The position numbers were made by a program, and so were the translations under genes. This document shows, piece by piece, positions 1 through 9,163 of a stretch of 64,000 nt of DNA; within the stretch, counting starts at the first letter, position 1; each line of letters begins with the position of its first letter. This DNA is from an uncultured Chloroflexia bacterium (lineage in GTDB: Bacteria; Chloroflexota; Limnocylindria; Limnocylindrales; CSP1-4), in assembly GCA_963712745.1 (NCBI GenBank), contig CAVQJC010000007.1:13110-77109 (forward strand), read 5' to 3'. A model generated the notes under the pieces. The model was not told the DNA's origin. It saw nothing but the letters and a program-made list of their open reading frames with translations, and made no database searches.

Positions 1-207
1 GGCCTCGATGAGGCGGTTCCACCAGGACGTGCCCGCCTTCTGGGCGCCGACACCGACGTAGTGCGGCGGTCCGATGCGCCAGCCCTCAGGGCATCTGGGT
101 GGCTCCGGCGGTCCCGGCTGCCGAGGGCCACGATAGCGGTACCAGGCCCGAGAGCCGCGCACGGCCAGGCGGCGGAGGCGCGCCTTCGCCTCTCGCCTGA
201 TGGTCAT
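1..207 (-). CDS. Sulfotransferase family protein (5' part; runs off window)
   Basis: Manual translation MTIRREAKAR...GPPHYVGVGAQKAGTSWWNRLIEA contains the PAPS-binding 5'PSB loop; ATG overlaps the stop of the upstream paralogue. Confidence 0.85.
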   Translation of the reverse strand, partial: MTIRREAKARLRRLAVRGSRAWYRYRGPRQPGPPEPPRCPEGWRIGPPHYVGVGAQKAGTSWWNRLIEA

Positions 208-977
208 CGCGGCGACCGCCACAGCGACAGGTCCAGCTCCGGCACGAGCGCGGCCAGGCGCGCGTTCTCCGGTTCGTAGCGTCGCACGAGCTGCTCCTCC
301 TGCCAGTCGCTGAGGCTGACCTTGGGACCGCGCGACTCGTTGACACGGCCAGCGAGGTCGATCCCGGCGGGCATCTCCGGGTCGAGGCCGATGAAGGCGT
401 AGGTGCGCGCCAGTTGCTCCGTGGGCTCGAGGACGCAGCGCTCGTACTGCAGCACCAGCACCTGCTCGCGGGGGTAGGCGCTCCACAGCCGAAGCAGCTG
501 GTCCGCGTAGACCCCCCGGTTGAAGGCGGCGTTGGCGGCTGCCCGGGCCGTGGAACCGACCGTCAGGCGGTTCTCGGCCAGCGTTCGGCCCGAGCGGAAC
601 CGTGCCACCGGGTCACGCAGCAGTACCAGCAGCCGGGCGTCAGGAGCGGTCCGCCGAAGCAGCCCCGGTGTCCAGGCGTCGAGCATGTAGCCGGGTGTCC
701 ATTCGCCCGACAGGTGGCCCTCCGGCCGCGCGAAGAAGGCGTGGTAGCGCTCGACGACGCCCTCGCCGAGGCCATGCTCCCAGAGGCCGTCGAAGAAGTG
801 GACCTCCTTGGGCGTCCCCGACGGCCGGCTGACGCGGGGATGCGCGTTGACGAGGCTGTCCCACCAGCTGGTACCCGAGCGAGCGGTCCCGACGCCGACG
901 TAGTCGGGCGGTCCGGTCTGCCAACCCGCTGGGACAGGGGGCGGCTGGGGCAGGGCCTCGCGCTCGGGGTCTGGCAT
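204..977 (-). CDS. Sulfotransferase family protein
   Basis: GVGTARSGTSW, KEVHFFD, GEWTPGY and LLRDPVARFRS motifs; start moved to MPDPERE. Confidence 0.85.
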   Translation of the reverse strand: MPDPEREALPQPPPVPAGWQTGPPDYVGVGTARSGTSWWDSLVNAHPRVSRPSGTPKEVHFFDGLWEHGLGEGVVERYHAFFARPEGHLSGEWTPGYMLDAWTPGLLRRTAPDARLLVLLRDPVARFRSGRTLAENRLTVGSTARAAANAAFNRGVYADQLLRLWSAYPREQVLVLQYERCVLEPTEQLARTYAFIGLDPEMPAGIDLAGRVNESRGPKVSLSDWQEEQLVRRYEPENARLAALVPELDLSLWRSPR

Positions 978-987
978 GGCAGCGATT

Positions 988-1668
988 CTAGGTGGCCGGC
1001 TCGTCGAGGCGGCGGTCCTCGATCTCCCAGGCGTGGTGGATGGTGTGCCACGCTGCGTAGCGGACGTACCAGCGCGGGGTCCAGCGATCCCTGGCTCGGC
1101 TAGGGTCGCGCAAGGGCCTGTCGGCTGCCCGGTCGAAGAAGGCCTCGACGGCACGTGCGCGCATGGCGGCCATGACCTCTTGCAGGTCGTTGCCGGCCAC
1201 CTTCGGTCTCTTCGATCCAAGCTTGGAGAGGTAGGCCTGGTCGGCCCCGAGGCAGTGATCGATGATCCCGCGCAGGTCGCGGCCGCCCCCTCGAGGACCC
1301 TTGCGCAGCTCGCGGCCTTGGGCCGCGACGATGGCCCTGTCGAAGGCTGCCCACATCGCTTGCAGGATGGCCGCCAGGCGTGCCGACTCGCGCTCGTCGA
1401 GCGGGCGGAGATCGGCTGCGGGGACGACCGAGGGAACGCCCCACTCGGTGCCGCTGTTGCCGGTCAGCTCCTCCGTCACTTCCAGATCGGCCGACGGCTC
1501 GAAGGCCATGCCGCTCGCGCCGAGTGCCGTGGCGTAGCGGGGCCCGAAGGCCACCAGCTCGGCCACCGGGTCCTCGGCGCCCCTGGCGTGGCGGCACCAG
1601 CCGGGCCACTCCTCGGCGCTCGCGAAACTCCACTTGTGGCCGCGCTCGATGTAGATCGGCTCCGACAT
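988..1668 (-). CDS. Hypothetical protein, DinB-like C-terminus
   Basis: 226 aa ORF; IIDH...WHTIHHAWEIEDR His pattern typical of the DinB superfamily. Confidence 0.6.
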   Translation of the reverse strand: MSEPIYIERGHKWSFASAEEWPGWCRHARGAEDPVAELVAFGPRYATALGASGMAFEPSADLEVTEELTGNSGTEWGVPSVVPAADLRPLDERESARLAAILQAMWAAFDRAIVAAQGRELRKGPRGGGRDLRGIIDHCLGADQAYLSKLGSKRPKVAGNDLQEVMAAMRARAVEAFFDRAADRPLRDPSRARDRWTPRWYVRYAAWHTIHHAWEIEDRRLDEPAT

Positions 1669-1710
1669 GAGCTCGACTCTAGCCCACTGATGCCGCGGCC
1701 GGACATGAAG

Positions 1711-1742
1711 AAACGGCCCGTCCCTGGAGGGACGGGCCGTTT
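1711..1742 (-). terminator. Intrinsic terminator after Flp pilin
   Basis: Inverted repeat AAACGGCCCGTCCCT-GG-AGGGACGGGCCGTTT, ending in TTTCTTC on the minus strand, just after the pilin stop. Confidence 0.8.
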
Positions 1743-1767
1743 GCGAAGCTCTTGAAGAGCGGCGGCT

Positions 1768-1923
1768 CTAGATCTGTGCGCCGATCGCCGAGAGGATCTT
1801 GGAGATCTCGCCACCCAGGAAGATGAGGGCGGTGATCGCGATGATGGCGATGAGCGCCAGGATCAGCGCGTACTCGGCAAGGCCCTGGCCTTCCTCGTCG
1901 CGGCGAAGCAGGAAGTCGACCAT
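1768..1923 (-). CDS. flp: Flp family type IVb pilin (51 aa, absent from ORF track)
   Basis: MVDFLLRRDEEGQGLAEYALILALIAIIAITALIFLGGEISKILSAIGAQI; G/xxxxEY motif; AGGAGG RBS. Confidence 0.92.
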   Translation of the reverse strand: MVDFLLRRDEEGQGLAEYALILALIAIIAITALIFLGGEISKILSAIGAQI

Positions 1924-2226
1924 GTGCTGGTCCTCCTAAATCGATGGCTCCCCGACTAAGCGGTTTGCCGGTGATGGATGAATGCGCTCGGTCGCCCATC
2001 GGGCTTCCGTGCTCGGCGGATGTTACAGCCCCGCCGCCAACTGTCCACTGGGACGGCCGGCAGGCCAGCTGCACGTCCTCAGTGCCGAGGATGATGATGG
2101 TGGCACTGAGGAGTTTCCATGGCACCTCTGGGGGGCATGGAACCGGACTTTCGGTGGTGCCAGCGCACCAATCCCAGTAGAGCTATGTGAGGTTGGTCCT
2201 GTTGAGGTGTCCTCTGGTGGACTCGG

Positions 2227-2418
2227 TCAGTTCGTGGCGTTGTCGACCGTGGAACCGATGAATGACATCAGGTCCGCGATGGTACCGCCAAGGAACGTGA
2301 GCGAGATGACGGCCACGATGGCGATCAGCGCCAGGATAAGCGCGTACTCGGCCAGCCCCTGGCCTTCTTCATCGTTCGCCGACCGCCACGCGGCCAGCAG
2401 GTGGATGAGTTCAGTCAA
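2227..2418 (-). CDS. flp: Flp family type IVb pilin
   Basis: EEGQGLAEYALILALIAIVAV motif; GGGAGG RBS before TTG. Confidence 0.9.
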   Translation of the reverse strand: MTELIHLLAAWRSANDEEGQGLAEYALILALIAIVAVISLTFLGGTIADLMSFIGSTVDNATN

Positions 2419-2644
2419 CGCGTCACTGTCCTCCCTGTGATCTGTCCTGGTTGGACGAGGCGTCCGACCCCGATGCCTGAAGCCAGATCAGCGCTTCTCA
2501 CATCGGCAGCATCTCAGAGTGATCGGCGGACTGGTACCGACAGGCACGCCTTGGGCAGTAGGCCCACGTGCGAGCGGTCGCTGCGGTTCGGCCGGTGGCT
2601 CCGGCCGTGCCCGACCCGGGCGATCGAGAGGCTTGAGTCGCCTC

Positions 2645-3040
2645 CTACTCTCCGATGACCGACCAGATGAAACCCATGAAGATGAAGATGCCGGCAAAGA
2701 GCCCGACCAGCGCCGGGACACCGACGGTGTTCACCTCCAGGTTCATGCTCGCCAGGAACCCCATCGCCAGCGCCCACGCGATGATGAGCACGAGGAAGAG
2801 GTACTTGGCATTGACGGTCGTGATGGCCTCGACCCAGGCGGTTCGCCGTCGTTCCGGAACGAGCATGATGATGAGCAGGAATGCCACCATCACTGCGCCC
2901 AGCAGGACGCCGCCGCCAAAGCCGATGAACTGGCTCGCTTCCAGCTCGGTGCGGAAGGCGCCGTACAGCGCCGTGATCACCGCGCCCAGCAAGAGGAAGG
3001 CGGAGACGTAACCGAGTACTCGCAGTCGCTCCCAAGTCAT
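2645..3040 (-). CDS. Hypothetical membrane protein (~4 TM)
   Basis: Four hydrophobic segments; start MTWERLR. Confidence 0.7.
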   Translation of the reverse strand: MTWERLRVLGYVSAFLLLGAVITALYGAFRTELEASQFIGFGGGVLLGAVMVAFLLIIMLVPERRRTAWVEAITTVNAKYLFLVLIIAWALAMGFLASMNLEVNTVGVPALVGLFAGIFIFMGFIWSVIGE

Positions 3041-3306
3041 AAGGACCGGAATCCTAGCAAAACTGCCAGCCGCAAGAACATCATTCCTGCGGATCCCCAC
3101 GACCCGGGTCGCGAACGACCATGTGGGGACGGCCGTCAGACAGTACCTATGGCGTGCCCATATGGGAAGGGTGGACTACCCCTCGCGCGGCCAAGTCGTT
3201 GATTGGCGACAACGCGGAACGCCGGGATGAGCGTGCGGCACGCAGACCGAAACGGCCACACCTTGCCGATGCGGCCGTTGGCCCCGGGATCGATGTCTCG
3301 CGCGGG

Positions 3307-3576
3307 CTAGAGGCCCAGGCTCGAGAGGATCTCGCCGAATTCATGGTTGATCGGCGCCCAGAACAGGTCGCTGATGGTCCCTCCCAGGAAGATCAGCGAG
3401 GCGATCGCCACGATGGCGATGCCGGCGAGGATGAGCGCGTACTCGGCGAGGCCCTGACCCCGCTGCCGCCCGGAGTCAACCGGGTGGCGGTGGACGACGG
3501 CCAGCATGGCCATCGCGGGCCGCGAGCTGGCGGCCCTCCCGGCGACGCTTGTCACCGCGGCTCGTAGCTTGTCCAT
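3307..3576 (-). CDS. flp: Flp family type IVb pilin with long leader
   Basis: QRGQGLAEYALILAGIAIVAI motif; GGAG RBS before MDKLRAA. Confidence 0.85.
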   Translation of the reverse strand: MDKLRAAVTSVAGRAASSRPAMAMLAVVHRHPVDSGRQRGQGLAEYALILAGIAIVAIASLIFLGGTISDLFWAPINHEFGEILSSLGL

Positions 3577-3958
3577 CAGGTATCTCCGATGGGGAGGAAC
3601 TGGTGGCGACCGACTCGGCCGCGTCCGCTGCCACTGCTTGTGCCACCCAGAGAAGATGATGAGCGGGTGACGCCTTCGTGGACGGGTTCGGCAGGGAGTG
3701 GGGCCCGATACTCGGTCGGCGAGGCCCCGTCGGTCGTATCCAGCTGCTCCATGGATAGGGATGAATGCGCCGGCACCGCAACCTGGGCCGAAACTGGCCA
3801 CGCGGGTTCAGCCAGGGCAACGTAACGCAGTGTGTCTCCCCCGGCTATGGCACTAAAGAGTCACGGGGGTCGTTGCCGGCGGACACCAACCGATCACCGT
3901 CGGCTGGACGGGTACGAGCTCGGTGCGGAGTATCATCGCGGACCACGCAGGAGGGCCT

Positions 3959-5482
3959 GTGGCTACCACCAACGACCAAGAGACCTGGATCAATCCGCGC
4001 GACCCGGCACTGGCGCTCGGGCCCGATGGCCGAGCGGCCCGTAGCCGCCGATCGCCCTTTTACGCCGACGTGCCAGACGCGCAGTGGGACGACTGGAAGT
4101 GGCAGCTCTCGAACCGGGTCAATGAGCTCGAGACGTTCGCCCAGATCCTGGAGCTGACCGACAACGAGCGCGAAGGACTCGGCGCCCCGGACAAGTTCCG
4201 CGTCGACATCACCCCGTACTTCATCAGTCTCATCGATCCGGAGGACCCGGACGACCCCATCCGCCGGCAGGTGATGCCGCTGGGTGACGAGCAGCAGGCG
4301 TTCACCGCGATGATGGAGGACTCCCTGCGCGAGGACCAGCACTCGCCGGTCCCCGGCCTGGTCCACCGCTATCCCGACCGTGTGCTGATGCTGGTGACCA
4401 CCCAGTGTGCCTCGTATTGCCGCTACTGCACCCGGTCGCGCATCGTCGGTGACGCCACCCAGAACTTCAACACGCGCGACTTCGAGGCTCAGCTCGACTA
4501 CCTGCGCCGGACTCCCCAGGTGCGCGACGTGCTGCTGTCGGGTGGTGACCCGCTGACGATGTCGCCCAAGCTGCTCGAGCGGGTGTTGCGTGGGCTGCGC
4601 GAGATCGAGCACATCGAGATCATCCGGCTGGGCACGCGTGTGCCGGTGTTCATGCCCCAGCGCGTCGACGACGACCTCTGCGCGATGCTGGAGCGGTATC
4701 ACCCGCTGTGGGTCAACCTGCACTTCAACCACCCCAACGAGATCACGCCGGAGGTTTCGCGCGCGGTCGACAAGCTCAGCCGCACCGGCGTACCCATCGG
4801 CAACCAGTCGGTGCTGCTGGCGGGCGTCAACGACTGCGTGCACATCCAGCGCGAGCTCGTCCACCGGCTGGTCGAGAACCGCATCCGGCCGTACTACCTC
4901 TACCAGTGCGACCTGGTCGCGGGCGCCGGCCACTTCCGGACACCCGTGGGCAAGGGCCTCGAGATCATCGAGGGCCTGCGTGGTCACACCTCGGGCTATG
5001 CGGTTCCGACCTACGTGGTCGATGCCCCCGGAGGCGGCGGCAAGATCCCGGTCATGCCCAACTACCTCATCAGCTACTCCGACCACAAGGTCGTGCTGCG
5101 CAACTACGAGGGCTACATCACCACCTACGAGGAGCCGCTCGAGTACAAGCCCCACGACCGACGAGCGTGCCGGTACTGCCGCCACGAGCGCTCCGAGCCC
5201 GGTCAGTCCGGTGTCCACGGCCTGCTCCAGGGCGACGCCATGTGGATCGAGCCGGCCGGTCACGCCGAGATCCACACCCGCGGCAACACCGAGGCCCATC
5301 GCCTCCAATCGCCCGAGAAGTGGGTGCCCTTCGGCGTGGGGGCCATCGAGGGCGAGACGGCGCCGGCGCCGTCTCGGCTGGGTGCGGGGAAAGAGGTATC
5401 GGAGCCCGTCTACGGACCGGGCGAGGAGCCGCGTCCGCGGGAGGGCGAGCCCACCGGCGCTGCGCACGGAGAGCTGCTCTAG
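3959..5482 (+). CDS. kamA: KamA-family radical SAM protein (lysine 2,3-aminomutase-like)
   Basis: WDDWKWQL, GLVHRYPDRVL, CASYCRYC, LLSGGDPL, DAPGGGGKIP (PLP lysine). Confidence 0.92.
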   Translation: MATTNDQETWINPRDPALALGPDGRAARSRRSPFYADVPDAQWDDWKWQLSNRVNELETFAQILELTDNEREGLGAPDKFRVDITPYFISLIDPEDPDDPIRRQVMPLGDEQQAFTAMMEDSLREDQHSPVPGLVHRYPDRVLMLVTTQCASYCRYCTRSRIVGDATQNFNTRDFEAQLDYLRRTPQVRDVLLSGGDPLTMSPKLLERVLRGLREIEHIEIIRLGTRVPVFMPQRVDDDLCAMLERYHPLWVNLHFNHPNEITPEVSRAVDKLSRTGVPIGNQSVLLAGVNDCVHIQRELVHRLVENRIRPYYLYQCDLVAGAGHFRTPVGKGLEIIEGLRGHTSGYAVPTYVVDAPGGGGKIPVMPNYLISYSDHKVVLRNYEGYITTYEEPLEYKPHDRRACRYCRHERSEPGQSGVHGLLQGDAMWIEPAGHAEIHTRGNTEAHRLQSPEKWVPFGVGAIEGETAPAPSRLGAGKEVSEPVYGPGEEPRPREGEPTGAAHGELL

Positions 5483-5484
5483 AA

Positions 5485-5931
5485 GTGGGTATCCTGAAGC
5501 GCCTCTTCGGCAGCGGTGGCAACGACGATGGCGCGAGCGGCATGGGCGGCGGGCCGGCCGACGACGCGGAGTGGCGCCAGTCGGCCGAGGCCACCTTTGA
5601 GGCCCACGCGGACAAGCAGCGCGTGACCGTCTGGCTGCGGCTCTACGACCCCAGCTTCGAGACCTCGCGTGAGCAGCAGCGGGCGTTCGCGCTGGAGAAC
5701 CGACTGATGCGCGCGCTCGACGAGGCCGGTGCCGGTGAGCACGACACCAACTCGCTCGAGCGGGGCTACCTGGCCATGCGCCTGGTGGGCGAGGACGCCG
5801 ATGCCATGGTGGCCGTCGTTCTGCCCTTTCTCGACGAGGCGCCCGAGGGCAGCTACCTGGCCGTGCGGCGCGGCCCAGCCGGTACGGGCGAGGACCGGCT
5901 GGAGGTCGGCATCGGCGCTGACCTGGCCTGA
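5485..5931 (+). CDS. Hypothetical protein
   Basis: GTG 2 nt after kamA stop (MGILKRLFG...); coding-like GC3 bias. Confidence 0.7.
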   Translation: MGILKRLFGSGGNDDGASGMGGGPADDAEWRQSAEATFEAHADKQRVTVWLRLYDPSFETSREQQRAFALENRLMRALDEAGAGEHDTNSLERGYLAMRLVGEDADAMVAVVLPFLDEAPEGSYLAVRRGPAGTGEDRLEVGIGADLA

Positions 5932-5954
5932 ACGACCGAGCGGCGAGGACGACG

Positions 5955-6368
5955 TTGGAGCTGCGTGACACACCGGGCCTGCCCGACCCGACCATCCAGC
6001 CACCGGTCGTGGCCGAGGTCGGAGATCCGTTCGCAGCGCTGCGCGTGGTACACCTGCTGGCGCGTATGCCCCGCGGCACAGCCGTGCGCGTGCGTGCCAT
6101 CGTCGACCGGCTCGACGCCGACTACCTGGACTGGTCCTTCTCGCCCGACGTGGTCATCGCGGTCGCGCTGCAACTGCAGGCCAACTGGCTGGCCGACTAC
6201 CGCAACAGCGACGGCATCGTGCTCCGCGACGGCCTCGCCGGACCGGAGCTGACCATCGAGGACAGCTCGCGCGTCGACCCCTGGATCGTGCGCCAGGCGG
6301 AGCGACTGGCCGGGGCCTGCGACGAGCGGCTGCGTGCATTCGCCGTGGAGGAGGGCGGCCTGGCCTGA
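5955..6368 (+). CDS. Hypothetical protein
   Basis: 137 aa ORF co-oriented with kamA; GAGG RBS. Confidence 0.7.
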   Translation: MELRDTPGLPDPTIQPPVVAEVGDPFAALRVVHLLARMPRGTAVRVRAIVDRLDADYLDWSFSPDVVIAVALQLQANWLADYRNSDGIVLRDGLAGPELTIEDSSRVDPWIVRQAERLAGACDERLRAFAVEEGGLA

Positions 6369-6390
6369 GCGTCTGCCGCCAGCGCTGTCA

Positions 6391-7446
6391 TCAGCGGTGT
6401 GCTCGGTAGACCTCCTCGAGCACGGCGATGGCCGCCGCTGACGAGACGCCCCAGACGTTGGTCAGGAAGGCGAAGGCGAAGCCTCGTTCAGGATCGATCC
6501 ACAAGCGTGAGCCCGACCGTCCTCCGTGGGTCAGGACGGTGTCACCATCGGGCCATCCGCCGCCGGACTTGCGCCAGCCGAGGCCCTGCTGCAGGTACGA
6601 GATGCTGCCGTCCTCGGCGATGTGCGGGATGCCGTCGATCTGCTGCTCGGCCATGGCCCTCACCGAGGAGCGGGAGAGCAAGGCCGACCCCAGGACGGCA
6701 TGGCCCAGGCGAAGCAGATCGGGGACGGTCCCAAAGAGGCCGCCGCCGGGCAGGCTCACTCGCGCCAGGAACCAGAGCAGCACTTCCGCCACCAGGCGGT
6801 TGCCGGCATCGACCCCGTCCACGGCCACGACCCGCCTGCGCGATCCCCGCGCATCGAACGTCGTGTCGAACATCCCCAGTGGTTCGAGCAGGCGTTGGGT
6901 CAGCACGGCCGGCCAGCTGGAGCTCGAGAGGCGGGCCATCGTCTCCGAGAGCAGGCACCACGCGGACGAGTTGTACTCGTAACGTGTGCCCGGCTCCCAG
7001 CGCGGGGCCGTAGTGAGCGTCTCGGCCAGCACCTGGCGGTATCTCGGCCGCTCGGAGCGGAGCCGTTCGACGGGCATGTCCGGCAGGCCCGAGGTGTGCG
7101 TCAGCACGTGCCACGCGGTCACGGCCGCTCGCTCGTCCCCGGCGAACTCGGGAACGTAGCGCGATAGCGGTGCCCGCAGGTCGAGCCGGCCCTCGTCAAC
7201 GTATTGCATGATGGCGGTGGCCACCACGCCCTTCGTCACCGACGCCATGAAGAAGACCGAATCGTCGTGCACATCGGCACGCTCACTGCTGACGGCGAAG
7301 ACCTGGCTGCGGCCGGCCTCGTCGACGACCCCGAAGACGATGCAGGGCAGCGTGCCGTCGGCCACGAAGCGGGTGGCCACGTCGAGCGCGTCCTCGAGGT
7401 CCCAGTCGAGATCGGCGGAACTGGGCGACTGGGCAGGAGAGGTCAT
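6391..7446 (-). CDS. Serine hydrolase / beta-lactamase class C family
   Basis: SVTK (SxxK), LTHTSGL, YEYNS, HGGRSG, WIDPER motifs. Confidence 0.88.
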   Translation of the reverse strand: MTSPAQSPSSADLDWDLEDALDVATRFVADGTLPCIVFGVVDEAGRSQVFAVSSERADVHDDSVFFMASVTKGVVATAIMQYVDEGRLDLRAPLSRYVPEFAGDERAAVTAWHVLTHTSGLPDMPVERLRSERPRYRQVLAETLTTAPRWEPGTRYEYNSSAWCLLSETMARLSSSSWPAVLTQRLLEPLGMFDTTFDARGSRRRVVAVDGVDAGNRLVAEVLLWFLARVSLPGGGLFGTVPDLLRLGHAVLGSALLSRSSVRAMAEQQIDGIPHIAEDGSISYLQQGLGWRKSGGGWPDGDTVLTHGGRSGSRLWIDPERGFAFAFLTNVWGVSSAAAIAVLEEVYRAHR

Positions 7447-7454
7447 CTGCGCCG

Positions 7455-7799
7455 ATGATAGGGCGCGTGACACGAGACGAGTACATCGCCGCCGCACGCG
7501 GCCTCATCGCCGAGGGCGAGCGGCTGGTCGCCCACCCCTCGATGGCTGCCCTGCGCACCTGGATCGCCGGCTCCGACGAGTTGCTGCGCAACGCCTGGGG
7601 CTCGATGGACCGCTATCACCTCTCGTGGCTGATGGTAGGGCGACCGACCGATGCCATCCGCGGGCGGGCCATGACCTCGGACGAGGAGTCCGAGTACGTG
7701 CGAGAAGTGGCCGCGGCCAAGACCGCGGCTCTGCGCATGAGCCTCAAGGCCGTCGAGGAGGACGGCATGCCCTTCCTGGGGGAAGCCGCCGGCTCGTAG
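7455..7799 (+). CDS. Hypothetical protein
   Basis: 114 aa ORF with coding-like composition. Confidence 0.65.
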   Translation: MIGRVTRDEYIAAARGLIAEGERLVAHPSMAALRTWIAGSDELLRNAWGSMDRYHLSWLMVGRPTDAIRGRAMTSDEESEYVREVAAAKTAALRMSLKAVEEDGMPFLGEAAGS

Positions 7800-7823
7800 C
7801 GCCTCCGCCTGGGCAGGGCCCGG

Positions 7824-8297
7824 TCAGCTGCGCGGGCGGGCACCGTAGAGGGCGGCGATGACGTAGAGCACCAGGCCGGCCATCTCCAGCGGTCCGAACT
7901 GCGGGCTCAGCCAGTCAAGGAACGGCGTGGTCTCGACGCGCTCGAAGAACGGGCGAGACGAGTCGGGCAGGATGGCCATGGCCAGCAGCCAGGTGAGCAG
8001 CAGCCCGAGCAGCCAGGCGCCAGCCGCGATGAGGGCCGCCAGGATTGGGGACGCGCGCACCTGCCAGAGCAGCAGGCCGATGGCCCAGCCGCCCGCCACC
8101 GCCACCGCCAGCACGCCGGGAAACTCGAGGATGCCCTTGAGCAGGGCCCACGCCATCGCCGCAGCCAGCGCCACCAACAGGGCCTCGGCGATGGCCATGG
8201 CCCGAGAACGCGGCCGCAGTCGGTCCCCAAGGCTGGGCTGGCGTACCGCTGAAGGCACGACTGTCGAGGCGGGGCGTCGGTCACCCGGTTCGGCCAT
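7824..8297 (-). CDS. Hypothetical membrane protein
   Basis: Several hydrophobic helices; start uncertain. Confidence 0.65.
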   Translation of the reverse strand: MAEPGDRRPASTVVPSAVRQPSLGDRLRPRSRAMAIAEALLVALAAAMAWALLKGILEFPGVLAVAVAGGWAIGLLLWQVRASPILAALIAAGAWLLGLLLTWLLAMAILPDSSRPFFERVETTPFLDWLSPQFGPLEMAGLVLYVIAALYGARPRS

Positions 8298-8352
8298 GGC
8301 CACAACTCTAGCCGTGCACCACACGACGAGGTCGCTAGACTGATGCACGCTC

Positions 8353-8853
8353 ATGCCACATCCAGCCCTTGGACTGCCGCCCGCCGACGCCACCGCCGGC
8401 CGCCCCGACGTGGCCGCGAGACTGCGTGCCGCCGGTCGCCTCCCGGCCCTGGCCCTGGCTACCGCCTTCCGCCTCGACGAGACGCTGCCGCAGCGCCATG
8501 ACGAACTCATGCAGCGCCGGTTCCTGCGCGACTACGAGCGCCATATCGAACAGCTGGCGCGCGCGGTCGAGACCGCTGAGGACCGTTTCGTGGTGACCTA
8601 CGGTGAGACGCTGGTGCCCATCTACCGTCGGCGCGGCGTGCGCATGAACGACGTCGTCACCCTGCTGCTCGGGCTGCAGGAGGTCGCGGTGGCGCAGGGT
8701 CCGGCGGCCGATGCCCGGCTCGTGCGTGAGCCGATGGGGGCGTGGGTCGAGCGCATGCGCCACCACCGCCGCCTGGCCGGCGACCACGAGGGCAACAAGG
8801 CCGTCCGCTTCGTCTGGAAGGGCGCCGGATTCGGCGACGACTCGGTCGTCTGA
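8353..8853 (+). CDS. Hypothetical protein
   Basis: 166 aa ORF whose stop overlaps the next start (TGATG). Confidence 0.65.
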   Translation: MPHPALGLPPADATAGRPDVAARLRAAGRLPALALATAFRLDETLPQRHDELMQRRFLRDYERHIEQLARAVETAEDRFVVTYGETLVPIYRRRGVRMNDVVTLLLGLQEVAVAQGPAADARLVREPMGAWVERMRHHRRLAGDHEGNKAVRFVWKGAGFGDDSVV

Positions 8854-9143
8854 TGACCATCAAGTGGGTCAAGTCGGACCCGTTGGTGATGAACGGCGAG
8901 CCCTTCTGCTACGGCACGCGCCTGACCGTGCGCAACCTGCTCGAGATGCGCAGCAAGGGGCTGACTCCGGCCGAGATGATGGGCCAGCATCCCGAGCTCA
9001 AGCGCGTCGGCATCGCCGAGGCCTTCCGCTACGCCGCCGACCATCGCGAGCGCTACCAGAGCTTCTTCGAGACCGACGGCTCGCTCAAGGGCCCGGGGTT
9101 CGACGCGGAGACGGCCGAGACCCTGCCCGAGTACCTGCGCTAG
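8853..9143 (+). CDS. DUF433 domain protein
   Basis: [25 protein letters not shown]...HPEL...IAEAFRYA matches the DUF433 pattern. Confidence 0.85.
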   Translation: MTIKWVKSDPLVMNGEPFCYGTRLTVRNLLEMRSKGLTPAEMMGQHPELKRVGIAEAFRYAADHRERYQSFFETDGSLKGPGFDAETAETLPEYLR

Positions 9144-9163
9144 GCGCCGGGCGAGGCCGCGTC

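Noticed and set aside
8853-9143. Toxin-antitoxin module around DUF433
   Set aside because: No adjacent PIN/DUF5615 toxin gene is recognisable
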